In this document: positions 20,229 to 30,222 of the stretch, piece after piece | Layout of the letters: each line of letters begins with the position of its first letter | How positions within the stretch are numbered: the stretch's first letter is position 1 | Virus record (IMG/VR): IMGVR_UViG_3300046792_000272 | DNA: 64,000 nucleotides | Direction: 5' to 3' (one strand) | Source: an uncultured virus (IMG/VR IMGVR_UViG_3300046792_000272) | Lineage: Duplodnaviria; Heunggongvirae; Uroviricota; Caudoviricetes | The notes under the pieces: generated by a model | Told to the model about the DNA's origin: nothing | Seen by the model: only the letters and a program-made list of their open reading frames with translations | Databases searched by the model: none | Made by a program: the position numbers and the translations under genes

Positions 20229-20262
20229 CGAAGGGGCGCCCCCGGTCAGAGGCGCCCCTTCG
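20229..20262 (-). terminator. Hairpin directly after the MCP stop (terminator or mRNA stabiliser)
   Basis: CGAAGGGGCGCC...GGCGCCCCTTCG inverted repeat. Confidence 0.6.
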
Positions 20263-20263
20263 A

Positions 20264-21214
20264 TTAGGCCTTCAGGAGAACCGCGGCCGGGTACCGGCTC
20301 GCCTCGGTTTCCTGTTCGTAGTTGATGGTGTTGGCCGTCTGCCAGCCCGCCCGGAAGGTCACGCGCATCGCGACCAGGTCCTGCTGGGCGAGGTTGTAGA
20401 CGATGTTGCCTTCGGTGTCCTGGATCACCGCTTCGTCGAGCAGCTTCCAGGTGATGTCCTGCCGGACACCGACGACCTGCTCGGCCGGATCCGTGGCGAC
20501 CGCCTCGGCTTTGCCGGAGGAACGCGGCCACAGGCCCCGCATCGGGTAGGCGATGTCGATGCCGTGGACGCTGGCGGCGCTGACCTGACCGTCCTGCGGC
20601 TCGATCAGCGACTCGCCCGTCGTGGCGCGGGCCTGGCGGAGGAGGCCTTTGATGACGCGGTCGGCGATGATCGCCTCGGCGTCATAGCCCTCGACCTCGA
20701 TCTTCCCGAGCAGGTCGGAGAAGTCGCCGACGATCCCGCCCGCTTTCGGTTCGTTGGCCCCCGCGGTGATTTTGTTCCCGGCGGCTTCGGCCGCCGCGAC
20801 GATCGCTTCCGGCCAGCTTGCGGGCTTGTTGGTCCCGAAGTAGACCGCGGCGTCGAGGGTGCGGCCGATCGCCTGCTCCATGAGCGGCTGCACCTGCCCC
20901 CAGATGTCATAGGCGGCGTCATCGAGGACGGCCTCGGGGATCGGCACGATGCAGGCGATCTCCTCGATGTTCAGGTACTTGCTTTTCCAGTTGACCTCGG
21001 TGGTCTGCTTCAGGCCCGTGTCGCCGGTGACGAAGTAGGCAATCGGCAGCGCCGAGAGCACCGGGAAGCGCTCCTGGTTGCGGGAGACCGGGACTCGCAG
21101 GAACTGCGAGAGCACGGCCGATGTTTCGCTGAGGCTCTTGAGCATTGCATTGGAAACCTCCTCGGGGACGAGGCCCTGAGCATCCGCTCGAGAGATGATG
21201 TTGTTGGTGGCCAT
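20264..21214 (-). CDS. Major capsid protein
   Basis: HK97-fold actinophage MCP motifs: LVPEEVS, IACIVPIPEAVLDD, NLAQQDLVAMRV. Confidence 0.92.
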   Translation of the reverse strand: MATNNIISRADAQGLVPEEVSNAMLKSLSETSAVLSQFLRVPVSRNQERFPVLSALPIAYFVTGDTGLKQTTEVNWKSKYLNIEEIACIVPIPEAVLDDAAYDIWGQVQPLMEQAIGRTLDAAVYFGTNKPASWPEAIVAAAEAAGNKITAGANEPKAGGIVGDFSDLLGKIEVEGYDAEAIIADRVIKGLLRQARATTGESLIEPQDGQVSAASVHGIDIAYPMRGLWPRSSGKAEAVATDPAEQVVGVRQDITWKLLDEAVIQDTEGNIVYNLAQQDLVAMRVTFRAGWQTANTINYEQETEASRYPAAVLLKA

Positions 21215-21313
21215 TGAAGGTCACTCCTTGTGAGTCGGGATGGATGTGGGGCCTCCATCGCGGAGGGGTGACCCGATGGCCGTCGCGGCTTACGGGTGAG
21301 GTGCTGCGGTGCT

Positions 21314-21838
21314 CTAGGAGCGGCCCGCCGCCTGGCGGATCGCGGCACTCATGTCGGCGGGCGCCTTCGTGGACTTCCGGGCGCCGCCGTCGAAATCGGT
21401 GGTCTGATCCTCGCCGCCGACCAGCTCGAGCAGCTCGTCCGCATCGGCTTCCATCTCCTCCTTCGTGGAGCCGGTGAGCCGGGCAGCGAGCTTCAGCGGC
21501 AGCTTCTTTGCAGCTGCGACCTCGTAGCGCAAAGCGCGGGCCTCTGCGTCGGTGGCGCGTTTCTCCGCCTCCGTCTTGGCCTGCTCTGCTTTCTCATGCT
21601 CGGACTTGTCGCGGTCCTCGAACTCCTTGACCTTCGTTGCCGCAGCCTCGGCCTTCTTGGACGCCTCGCGAGCCTTGGCCCGCTCGCTGCGGAGCGCCTT
21701 CTCGACCGCCTCGGGATCTTTGCCCTGGGCGGCGATCTCTTTGAGGTCGGCATCGGGGTCGGTCGTGGTGGTGGAGGTGGTGGTGGTCTCTTCCTCGGTG
21801 GTCTCCTCCGTCGTGGAGGTGGTCTCCTCCTCTGCCAT
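21314..21838 (-). CDS. Capsid scaffolding protein
   Basis: Acidic N-terminus, coiled coil, RLTGSTKEEMEADADELL. Confidence 0.85.
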   Translation of the reverse strand: MAEEETTSTTEETTEEETTTTSTTTTDPDADLKEIAAQGKDPEAVEKALRSERAKAREASKKAEAAATKVKEFEDRDKSEHEKAEQAKTEAEKRATDAEARALRYEVAAAKKLPLKLAARLTGSTKEEMEADADELLELVGGEDQTTDFDGGARKSTKAPADMSAAIRQAAGRS

Positions 21839-21889
21839 CGCGGCAGGCTCCTTCCTTTTGCGCCGCTTCCTCGCGAAGCGGCTGAGGTC

Positions 21890-23320
21890 TTACTGCTGGG
21901 TGCGCTCGGCGACCGTGACGGTCGGAATCGGGGGTTCGGGGCCGGCAGGCGTTTCTCCGCCTTCGCCCGGGACGGCGCCTTCGCCAGGCCGCAGCTCGGG
22001 CTGCTCCTTGAGCTGCTTTTCGAAGTCCTTGACCTGCTGCGGGGTGAAGCCGACCCGCTCCCATAGGGAGGGGAGCGGAACGCTCAGGGCCCGCAGCTTG
22101 ATCGCCGCGTCGACCTGCTCGCCCTCCGAGCGATACTCCGGGTCGCGCCAGATCGTTTCGGCGCCGAGTGCTTCGGCGAGCTCCTTCTGCCCGCGCAGTT
22201 GCAGCGCGATCCGCATCGCCTCCTCCCAGCTATCGGAGAAGTCGATCTGCTTGCGCTTCACCTTGGCCACGAGGCCGGTCTCCGCCGCCTTCAGCGCATC
22301 ACCGGAAGCGTTGACGATCTGGCCGAGCAGGTAGTGCGGCGGGGTGCGGGTCTGGGCGGCCAGATGCTGCAGGAGCAGGGTGATCGCACCGACGTAGTTG
22401 CTCAGGTTCGCCGCTGAGAACTCGGCGACCTTCGCGTTCTCGTTCTCGAAGGCCCAGAAGCGCGAAACGGCCGCCTTCAACTCCGTCGCCGGAAGCGGAG
22501 CGCCGGTTTCATCGGTCGGCACCTCGACGCCCATCAGCACCCGCTGAGGGAAGGCCGCGAACTCCGAGGCGACGAGCATGTCCGCGACCTCCTTGTTGAT
22601 CGCGTCCTGCAGGGGAACCGCCGGCATCAGGTCCGAGCGGCCGCCCTCCAACATCGAAGGGTTGTTGAGCAACGGGATCATCGGCACGACGCCGAGGGTG
22701 TTGGCTCCACCTTCGTCGTCGGGCTTCGGCACCCAGTTGCGCTGGATTTGGCCCGTCTGACCGGCCCGGATCTTCTCCTTCGTGCGGTACTTGACGATCC
22801 GGTCGGGGAAGTAGAGATTCGCGTAGACGTAGCCGTCCGTCTCGTCGTGCCACTTCTTGATCGCCGTGAGCCGCCGGCGCCGGTCCCCGGGGTCGCTCTC
22901 GACGTAGACCTGCGAGGGATGCTCGACCGTGATCCGGGGGAATTCCTCTCCCTTCGGGGTCGGCGCGATCAGGATGTAGGCAGCACCATTCTTGACCGCC
23001 TCGGTGTGGGCCATGACCGACTCGGCGTCGAGCCCATTGGCCTGCCAGATCGCCCATGCTTCGGTGTCGGCCGGTTTGTCGGAGCCGAGCCGGAATCCCT
23101 CGACGAACAGCCGCTCCACCGGAGCATCGACCACGGTCACGCACCAGTTGTCGGCGAAGGCGCGGAACAGAGCACCGAACGCCTGGCGGAACTTGGCCGT
23201 CGCGAACGCGAGCCGGTGCTTGCCGTTGTAGTAGTCCTCGCAGAGCTGGACCGTTCGCTGCTGGTCGGCGAGCTTCAGCTCGAGATAGGTGAGCCAAGCC
23301 CCAGGGGTCTGCGGTGCCAA
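21890..23320 (-). CDS. Portal protein (SPP1 gp6-like)
   Basis: DNWC..VVD...ERL, AFPQR, SGDALKAAE motifs. Confidence 0.92.
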   Translation of the reverse strand: MAPQTPGAWLTYLELKLADQQRTVQLCEDYYNGKHRLAFATAKFRQAFGALFRAFADNWCVTVVDAPVERLFVEGFRLGSDKPADTEAWAIWQANGLDAESVMAHTEAVKNGAAYILIAPTPKGEEFPRITVEHPSQVYVESDPGDRRRRLTAIKKWHDETDGYVYANLYFPDRIVKYRTKEKIRAGQTGQIQRNWVPKPDDEGGANTLGVVPMIPLLNNPSMLEGGRSDLMPAVPLQDAINKEVADMLVASEFAAFPQRVLMGVEVPTDETGAPLPATELKAAVSRFWAFENENAKVAEFSAANLSNYVGAITLLLQHLAAQTRTPPHYLLGQIVNASGDALKAAETGLVAKVKRKQIDFSDSWEEAMRIALQLRGQKELAEALGAETIWRDPEYRSEGEQVDAAIKLRALSVPLPSLWERVGFTPQQVKDFEKQLKEQPELRPGEGAVPGEGGETPAGPEPPIPTVTVAERTQQ

Positions 23321-23334
23321 TGAAGCTCCTTGGT

Positions 23335-24744
23335 CTAGAGGAAGACGGCTTTCTTCGACTGCGGCTTGGTCCCGACCAGCGTGGAGTGGGCCATCGCCAG
23401 CGCGATCGCGCCGTCGATCGGCGCCCGCTTCCGTTTGCCCTTGACGAACTTCCAGCGCTCGCCCTCCTGCTTCGCCGAGGCGGCGAGAACGTGGGCGTTC
23501 AAGGTCGGGTCATCGGGGTGGGTGATGCGCTTCTCGCTGATCGCCTCCGAGAGACGCTGCGCCGCCAGTTGCATCGGCGTCGTCTTCTGAGAATGGATGG
23601 CGGGCTCGACGCCGAGCTCATCCTCGATCGTCTGCGCCAACTGCTCGCCGCCGGCCTCCGGGTCGAGCACGAAGACGACCTCCTCGAAGGATCGCGCCAT
23701 CTCCTGGATCGGCTCCCAGATGCGCTCGAAGGGAGTCGCGGTGCCGTCGCGGGGAGGCACGACGATCACCGGCTCACCGACGATGGCTAGCTCGGAGCCA
23801 TCGGCCTTCCAGACGGGGACGATCGCGGTTGTGTCCCACTTCCAGCCCAGGTCGATGCCGATGTAGACGCCCTTGGCCTCAGGGGGGATCGTCTCCTCGC
23901 CGGCGCAGGCTCGCCACTCGGTCTCTGAGATCGCGGAATCCTCGCCGGAGAGCCAGACCCCGCAGGCGAAGCGTCCCCACTGCCACGGCTTCATCGACGG
24001 CGAGCGGTGAAGATCGGTCAGCGCCTTGATCGTGTGCCAGGGCGCTGGGTTCGCCTGCTTGACGATCCGCATGTTCGAGCGATCCTGATCTGGGTCAAGT
24101 GCCCACTCGTGCATCGCGAAGTTGTCGGTGCGGACGTAGCGATAGGCGCCCTTGCGAATCAGGCCGGGGAGCGCGTGTGCGGCGGTCCTCAGCTCGCCCA
24201 GAGGTGATGTCTCATCATCGCCGGCGGTGGAGATCGTGACCATCCGGCCATTGCGGGGCCCCAGCCCATCGCGGAAGATCCCGTAGAGGTCTGCCGACTT
24301 GTGGCGGTGGAGCTCATCCACCAGGGCGAGCGTCGGGATCACGCCATCTGCCGTATCGACGTCCGAGGCGAGAATCCGCACTCTGCCTCCGAGCTGGTTG
24401 TGAACGATCTCGCGCTGTTTGACCTGGAGGCGCTGCTGCAGTGAAGGCGATCGGCGGATGAAGCCCTGCGCCTGGCGCAGCATGATCGAAGCCTGGTCCC
24501 GCGATGCCGCGGCGATCACGCACTCGGCATCGGGCGTTGTGCAGAGATGGAAGAGGGCCAGCGCGGCGAGCAGGGTGCTCTTGCCGTTCTTCTTCGAGAT
24601 CAGGATCAGCGTCTCGCGCCGTCCTCCAAACAGGTCGCCCAGCATCTTGCGCTGGAAGGGGTAGAGCTTGAGTGGCTTCCCATCCTCCCGAGTTAGGGCC
24701 TGCTTGCAGAAGTCGGCGAAAAGGTCAAGCTCTTGCACCGACAC
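23335..24744 (-). CDS. terL: Terminase large subunit
   Basis: KKNGKS Walker A, VDELH Walker B, ISTAG, GIDLG nuclease motif. Confidence 0.95.
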   Translation of the reverse strand: MSVQELDLFADFCKQALTREDGKPLKLYPFQRKMLGDLFGGRRETLILISKKNGKSTLLAALALFHLCTTPDAECVIAAASRDQASIMLRQAQGFIRRSPSLQQRLQVKQREIVHNQLGGRVRILASDVDTADGVIPTLALVDELHRHKSADLYGIFRDGLGPRNGRMVTISTAGDDETSPLGELRTAAHALPGLIRKGAYRYVRTDNFAMHEWALDPDQDRSNMRIVKQANPAPWHTIKALTDLHRSPSMKPWQWGRFACGVWLSGEDSAISETEWRACAGEETIPPEAKGVYIGIDLGWKWDTTAIVPVWKADGSELAIVGEPVIVVPPRDGTATPFERIWEPIQEMARSFEEVVFVLDPEAGGEQLAQTIEDELGVEPAIHSQKTTPMQLAAQRLSEAISEKRITHPDDPTLNAHVLAASAKQEGERWKFVKGKRKRAPIDGAIALAMAHSTLVGTKPQSKKAVFL

Positions 24745-25138
24745 GCCTGGCCGCCAGCTCGTCCATCTTCCCTAGCGGGTCGGCGGGCTTCTTCTCTTCG
24801 CCCTCGCCGCCCCCCTTCTTGCGGTAGGTGTCGGTCCAGACCTTCATCGCTGGAACCGACCCGTTGCGGATGGCTCGCGAGAGGTGAAGCTGGACCTCCT
24901 CATCATCCACCGGCTCGTCGGAGTCGGGGGCGTCTCGCGCTTCCCGGATGAAGTCGATCGCGAAGGCGAAGTTCGCATAGGGAGAGTCGGGGTTCTTGCG
25001 CCCCTTGGTCAACCAGCCCTTCACGGTGCGTTCGGAGATGTCGTTTTCGCGACAGGCGTCCGCAAGCGAGGCACCGGCTTTCTGAGCAGCCACGATCCGG
25101 GGCGCTAGGTGGTCGAACTGGGTGCGTCCCTTGCCCAC
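24725..25138 (-). CDS. Terminase small subunit
   Basis: N-terminal HTH, C-terminal DELAARR; directly upstream of terL. Confidence 0.75.
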   Translation of the reverse strand: MGKGRTQFDHLAPRIVAAQKAGASLADACRENDISERTVKGWLTKGRKNPDSPYANFAFAIDFIREARDAPDSDEPVDDEEVQLHLSRAIRNGSVPAMKVWTDTYRKKGGGEGEEKKPADPLGKMDELAARRVGARA

Positions 25139-25257
25139 TGGTCAGCTCCAGGCGCGCGCAAAAAAGTGGGCCCTGTCCGTCGCAACCTCGCCAGGGGGTT
25201 TATCCCCGGGGTCAGCGAAGCCCGAGCGACCATCTATGCGGCGAACGGCGGCGAAGT

Positions 25258-25635
25258 TCATGGCTGCGGCGCTCCGCCATTCGGAATCCTGGGCTGCCTA
25301 AGCGTCGGCTCGGTCGCAGTCAGCATCTCGAGCAGGATGGCCGCGCATTTCTCGATGTAGATGTCCTGCAGCCCAGAGTCGCCGTGCTCATGCTCAGCGA
25401 GCAATGCCTCGAGCGGGACGTTCGTCTTGATCTCGGCTCGGCTTGCCCCTTTGCGAGAGAAGAGACGACGTGCCTCACCTCGTTCGGGTAGAGCTTCGAT
25501 CTCGAAGTGGGTGACCAGGGTGCTGCCATCCGGCATGGGAAGCGGGACCAACATGCGGTCCGCCTTCGCCTTGATCGTGAAGCCCAACTGCCAGAGATGA
25601 TCGGTGATCGGGTGCTGAATCTGGGTGGCGGCCAT
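25258..25635 (-). CDS. Hypothetical protein
   Basis: GGAAGG RBS; operon context. Confidence 0.45.
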   Translation of the reverse strand: MAATQIQHPITDHLWQLGFTIKAKADRMLVPLPMPDGSTLVTHFEIEALPERGEARRLFSRKGASRAEIKTNVPLEALLAEHEHGDSGLQDIYIEKCAAILLEMLTATEPTLRQPRIPNGGAPQP

Positions 25636-25712
25636 CGCGGCCTTCCTTCCTGAGCATCGCGCCCGGTCGGGTTACGTAATTCGAAGTCTTCACATCGGAT
25701 GGGCGGAGCTAT

Positions 25713-26066
25713 TCATCCCACTCGCTTACAGCGCTCCAGACTCCGATGCGGTCTGTCGGCGGCCGCGAACCCGCCGAAGTCTCCGCCGAACTCCTCAGCG
25801 GTCCGATCTCCCTTTGAGCCATTGCAGTCAGAGCAGGCGGCGACGAGGTTCTCTTTATCGTCGGTGCCGCCCCTAGAGATCGGGTTCAGATGGTCGACTG
25901 CGGTGGCGGGGTTGCCGCAGTAGAAGCAGCGAAAGTGGTCGCGCTTCAGGACTTCGTCGCGGACCTTTCGCCAGGCCCGGGTTGAGCCATTGCGGGTCTT
26001 GCCTTGGTGGTCCGGGCAGCGGATCTGGTCGGTGAGGGTGCCGCAGACAGTGCAGGGATAGAGCAC
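25713..26066 (-). CDS. HNH endonuclease (packaging-associated, HK97 gp74-like)
   Basis: RD.FRCFYCG...VDH..P...GG....NL..AC..CN..K. Confidence 0.9.
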   Translation of the reverse strand: MLYPCTVCGTLTDQIRCPDHQGKTRNGSTRAWRKVRDEVLKRDHFRCFYCGNPATAVDHLNPISRGGTDDKENLVAACSDCNGSKGDRTAEEFGGDFGGFAAADRPHRSLERCKRVG

Positions 26067-26398
26067 TCATGGCCTCCATCAGGTTTCGAGGACAGTGTGC
26101 TGCCGCCCGGGAATTCCGTTTTGCCACCCGGATCTTCGGGGCCTGCCTGGTCACCTAGCTATCCAGGCGGTTATGGGATTGTCTTCATCTCCCCGCGTGC
26201 GTGGGCCTTGGATTTCGGCCCTCCGACGTCTGTACACCACGGCAGCGACCTTCGCCTCTACGCGGGGCGAAGTGTCAGTGACGACCGAGCAACACGACCC
26301 CGGCGATGCACACTGCCGCCAGTAGAGCGAGCGCGACGTTCTCCCGTCCCTTGCGGGTCAGGGCGGCTTCTGCCAGGTCGTCGAGTCGGTACGTCATA

Positions 26399-26472
26399 TG
26401 GCGCCGGCAGGATTCGAACCTGCGACCTCCGGGATATGAGCCCGGCGAGCTACCAGACTGCTCCACGGCGCT
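26399..26472 (-). tRNA. tRNA-Met(CAT), initiator-type, no encoded CCA
   Basis: Cloverleaf AGCGCCG TG GAGC..GCTC G CCGGG CTCATAT CCCGG AGGTC GCAGG TTCGAAT CCTGC CGGCGCC A. Confidence 0.92.
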
Positions 26473-26637
26473 ATGAAGATTCTCCCGACGTCGAAGGCAG
26501 GGAGCTCGACGCCGGGCGGATCACTACAGGGAGGTAATAGCGGAGCCGCCTGCACACGGGGTACTGACAACCGTGCCGCGCCCATTTAGGGGCCAATGGC
26601 TGGCTCGACGGAATAATCGACCCTTCGTCGGACGGAA

Positions 26638-27255
26638 TCAGGCAGCGGCCCGCTCGAGCACCTTGTCTTCGGCTGCGGCGATCCGCTTTTCGATCACCCG
26701 GAGGTCAGAGCTGATGTCGATGTTCCGATGCCGGGCCTGCTCGCGGAGCCGAACCAGGCGCTCCTCAAGAGGCGCAGTGGCTTCGGCGATGCGTCGCTCT
26801 GCCATCTCGCGCTCGTAGCATTGGCGAGCGGTTCGGCTCCCGGAATAGTTCGGGATCTCGTCTTTCGGCACCGCCTCCGGCTCGGGCTGATCGCCGAGAG
26901 CGGCGTGCTTCGCCGCAGCGGTCGGGTCGCGTTCATCGTTCGAGATCGCCCTAAGCGTCCCAGGCTCCGGATCGTCCTGTGCCGGCATCGCCGCATCGAT
27001 GTTCTCGGTGAGGCCGCCCCGGCGATCGAGGAATTCGGGCGTCGGCGGCACATAGCGTGCGAACTCAGCCCTCCACCACCAGTCACCACGTCCCTTCTGG
27101 ATCCGGTGGATTTTGGTGATCTCGATCCGGCAGGAACGGAGCTGGAAGATATCGCCGAGCTCTACCGGGCACTTCTGGCCCTCGTCGACCCACATCAGCG
27201 AGTAGGCGGTGCCCTCGTTGATTTCCTGGCGGCGGCCGGCCAACGGGTCCTTCAC
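26638..27255 (-). CDS. Hypothetical protein
   Basis: 205-aa ORF at the end of the middle operon. Confidence 0.6.
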   Translation of the reverse strand: MKDPLAGRRQEINEGTAYSLMWVDEGQKCPVELGDIFQLRSCRIEITKIHRIQKGRGDWWWRAEFARYVPPTPEFLDRRGGLTENIDAAMPAQDDPEPGTLRAISNDERDPTAAAKHAALGDQPEPEAVPKDEIPNYSGSRTARQCYEREMAERRIAEATAPLEERLVRLREQARHRNIDISSDLRVIEKRIAAAEDKVLERAAA

Positions 27256-27352
27256 AGCAGGTCCTCGATTGTGAATGGACAGGCGTCAGCGAGCGGGCGA
27301 TCCACCTCGTTGCATCCACCGCCGGAGGACGGTGTCACCGCCGCCCGCTCGC

Positions 27353-28919
27353 TCACGCCTGCACCGCCTTCACATAGTTGCGCTGCGCCTGGTCGACGTC
27401 GGCCTCGAACCGCTCTTCCTTCGCCCGAATGTTTCTCGACCATCAGGCCCTCGAGCTCGGGGACGTGCGGGAGGTGGACGTGGACGGTGTCGCGCTGGCC
27501 GAAGCGGTAGGCGCGGCGCACGGCCTGATAGCGGCGCTCGAAGGAATCATCGATGCCGGAGAAGACCATCGCCTTGCAGCGCTGGAAGTTGAGGCCGAAG
27601 CCGACCAACTGCGCCTTGGTGACCAGCACGTCGACGTCTCCACGGCGGAAGCCGTGGATCACTTCGCCGGTGGCCTCCTCGGAGGTCGACCCCGACAGCT
27701 CGGCGACTTTCAGATCGTCGCGGAGTTGGCGGATCTCCCCGGCCAGGATCTCTGACTCCTCGTCGAAGTTGGTCCAGACGATCGTCGGGCGGCCTTCGTC
27801 TACCTCGTCGGAGACGAGGCGGGCGACGAGGGCGGGCTTGCGAGATGCGACCGCCTTCGCGATCCGATCCCTGCCGGTGCCCTCGTAGAGGAAGCCACGG
27901 GCGATCTGGGCGAGCTTGGAGCGCTCGCGGACGCCGTAGGTGGTGTCGAAGAGGCCCTTGCCGGAGGTGGTGAGCAATTCCTGCATGGCGACTCGCTGCT
28001 CATCGGTGATCGGGATCCGGTGCTCGAAGTACTCCGGATCCGGGAGGGTGTCGAGGATCGGCTCGAAGCCATAGGCGGCCGGGTCGCGCAGGTAAATCGA
28101 CCAGCCGGACATGAAGGCGTAGAAGGCGTCGCGGGCGTGGGGCTTCACCCGCCAGTTGCCGTACTTGTCGCGGGTGAAGTAGGTCCAGAGGATCTCGCCC
28201 TCATCGCGCAGCTTCTCCAGGAAGGAGGCCTGAGAGGCGTACTCCATGGTGTCGTTCGGCGCTGGTGTCGCCGTCAGCGAAAGCTTGTAGGGGATGCCTT
28301 TGGCGGAGTGGATCAGGTTCCACTTGATGGTCCCGCCGCCGGTCTTCAGGATGCTCGACTCGTCGAGGACGATCCCGGCGCAACGGCGGAGCGGGAGCTC
28401 TCCCTTGGCCAGCTTGTCGATGTTGGTGATGGCGACCCCGGCGGCGGCCGACTCCAGCCAGGCGGTCAGCTCGGCGCGGTTGCGCAGGTCCCGGAGCTGC
28501 TCACCGTAGAAGCGCTCGGCCTCTTCGATCGTCTGGTCGATGATCCGCAGCGGCGAGAAGATCAGCACCGGGCCTTCCTGGGAGACCTGCCGGGCCCACT
28601 CCAGGAAGATCGCCGTCTTGCCGAGACCGGTGTCCGCCCAGACGGCATAGCGGCGAGCCTGCAGGGCCCGCTCGACGATCCAGCGCTGGTAGTCGAAGAG
28701 GTGGCTGGCGAGATCAGCCTGCAGGTCCTGCGCAAGCCTCAGGCTGGAGTCGAGGATGTGGGCGAAGCGCTCCGGGGCCACGATCTTGTAGGTGTCGGCC
28801 TCATGGTCGAAGCAGATCTGTTTCTCGGGAAGCTTCTTCGCTCGCAGGAAGAGGTCGTAGCCCTCCTGGTCGAAGTGGTCGAGCGCGACTTGAACCTGGC
28901 CATCGACGACGGTGATCAC
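27353..28919 (-). CDS. SNF2-like (SF2) helicase, with an apparent 1-nt insertion near 27432-27434
   Basis: DTGLGKT, LDESS, TATPAPND, GFGLNFQ, QAVRRAYRFGQ; removing one base restores a C-terminus ending at TGA 27353. Confidence 0.85.
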
Positions 28920-29818
28920 GCGGCGAGGGCCTCCTCGATCGTCATCTGCGCACTGCCGCCATTAGCGACCCTCTCGAGGTTCTTGCAGGCCTGCCGGTGG
29001 TAGCTCTCCTTCAACTCGAAGCCAAGGCCCTGGCGTCCCTGTTCGACCGCTACGTAGGGGGTCGTGCCGATCCCAGCGAAGGGGTCGAAGACGACGTCGC
29101 CGGGGTTGGACCAGAGCTTCACGCAGCGGCGGACGACATCGAGCTGCAGCGGACAGACGTGCTTCTCGTCATCCTGGTCGCGCCCCATCTGCCAGCCCTC
29201 CAGGACGTCGGTCTCGCGAACGTCGGTCCAGGTGCCCTTTGCCCACCGGATCCACTCATCGGTACTGACCCAGCCGTCCGGGTTCTTGCTCTCGTGGTAG
29301 AGGCAGGGGACCGCCGGTGCCTCCCCGGGTCGCTTGAAGACGAGGCAGTGATCGTTCACGGCCGGGGCGAGAGATCGGCCATCGCGATAGCCGGTGGCGA
29401 AGAGCAGCGAGTTGAGTTTCTGGCGCTGCGCGATCACCTGCGGGTTCTTGGGGATCGTGTACTCAGCCCACCAGTCGAAGCCGGCAGCGTTGAGGACGTC
29501 GACCGTGGCACCGCGCAGGTCGCGCCGGCCCATGTAGCCGTGCTGGACCTTGTAGGTGATCAGCTGCTGGATGTGAATGGCGACCAGGGTGCCCGGGCGC
29601 GTGACCCGGAACAGCGCCTCGGCCCAGAAGCGGAGGTGGGCACCGAAGAACGAGCGGGCGAGGTCGGTGCCGTCCTCGTTGTTGCCGATGTCCTCAGTCT
29701 TGCCCGAATACATGAAGAGGGCGCCGAAGGGAATCGAGGTGACGGTGAGGTCGATCGAGTCCGGCTCGAGCTCGGCCATTCCGGTGATGCAGTCGCCCTG
29801 GTGGATCTCCCAGCTCAT
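28916..29818 (-). CDS. DNA amino-methyltransferase (N4-C/N6-A, beta class)
   Basis: TSIPF (SPPF-like) catalytic motif, H.CPL, DPFAGIGT SAM-binding motif. Confidence 0.9.
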   Translation of the reverse strand: MSWEIHQGDCITGMAELEPDSIDLTVTSIPFGALFMYSGKTEDIGNNEDGTDLARSFFGAHLRFWAEALFRVTRPGTLVAIHIQQLITYKVQHGYMGRRDLRGATVDVLNAAGFDWWAEYTIPKNPQVIAQRQKLNSLLFATGYRDGRSLAPAVNDHCLVFKRPGEAPAVPCLYHESKNPDGWVSTDEWIRWAKGTWTDVRETDVLEGWQMGRDQDDEKHVCPLQLDVVRRCVKLWSNPGDVVFDPFAGIGTTPYVAVEQGRQGLGFELKESYHRQACKNLERVANGGSAQMTIEEALAA

Positions 29819-30222
29819 ATGGCAGGGGCTGCCTGCTCAAGCGGTTCATAGACCGCCGGATCGCTACCCTCGCGCCGCCGGATCACATTTCGGCGGACAA
29901 GGCCCTCCAGGATCGCCCGGGCATTGGTGGCACCGGCGATGATGTCGCAGGTCGCGGCAGCCTCGCGGGCGGTCCGACCGGAGCCGAGACAGGCCACGAC
30001 ATCCTTCTCGGCCTGGGTGATCGAGCTGCGGGGTTTCGCCGGGGGTTTCTTAGGACGCTCAGGCAAGCCCCCCCCCTCAGACTGCTGAAGGCTCTCAGCC
30101 TGCTTGCGCAGACCCTGGAGGCCCTCTCGATGGGTGCGCTTCGAGCCCAACTGGGCCTCGAGTGCCACGATCTCCTCGTCGATGCCGCTGATCTCGGCGT
30201 CGATCGACTCCACAATGCTCAT
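29815..30222 (-). CDS. Coiled-coil plus winged-HTH-like hypothetical protein
   Basis: Own RBS (AAGGAG) and ATG at 30222, in frame with the upstream sigma ORF. Confidence 0.55.
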   Translation of the reverse strand: MSIVESIDAEISGIDEEIVALEAQLGSKRTHREGLQGLRKQAESLQQSEGGGLPERPKKPPAKPRSSITQAEKDVVACLGSGRTAREAAATCDIIAGATNARAILEGLVRRNVIRRREGSDPAVYEPLEQAAPAI

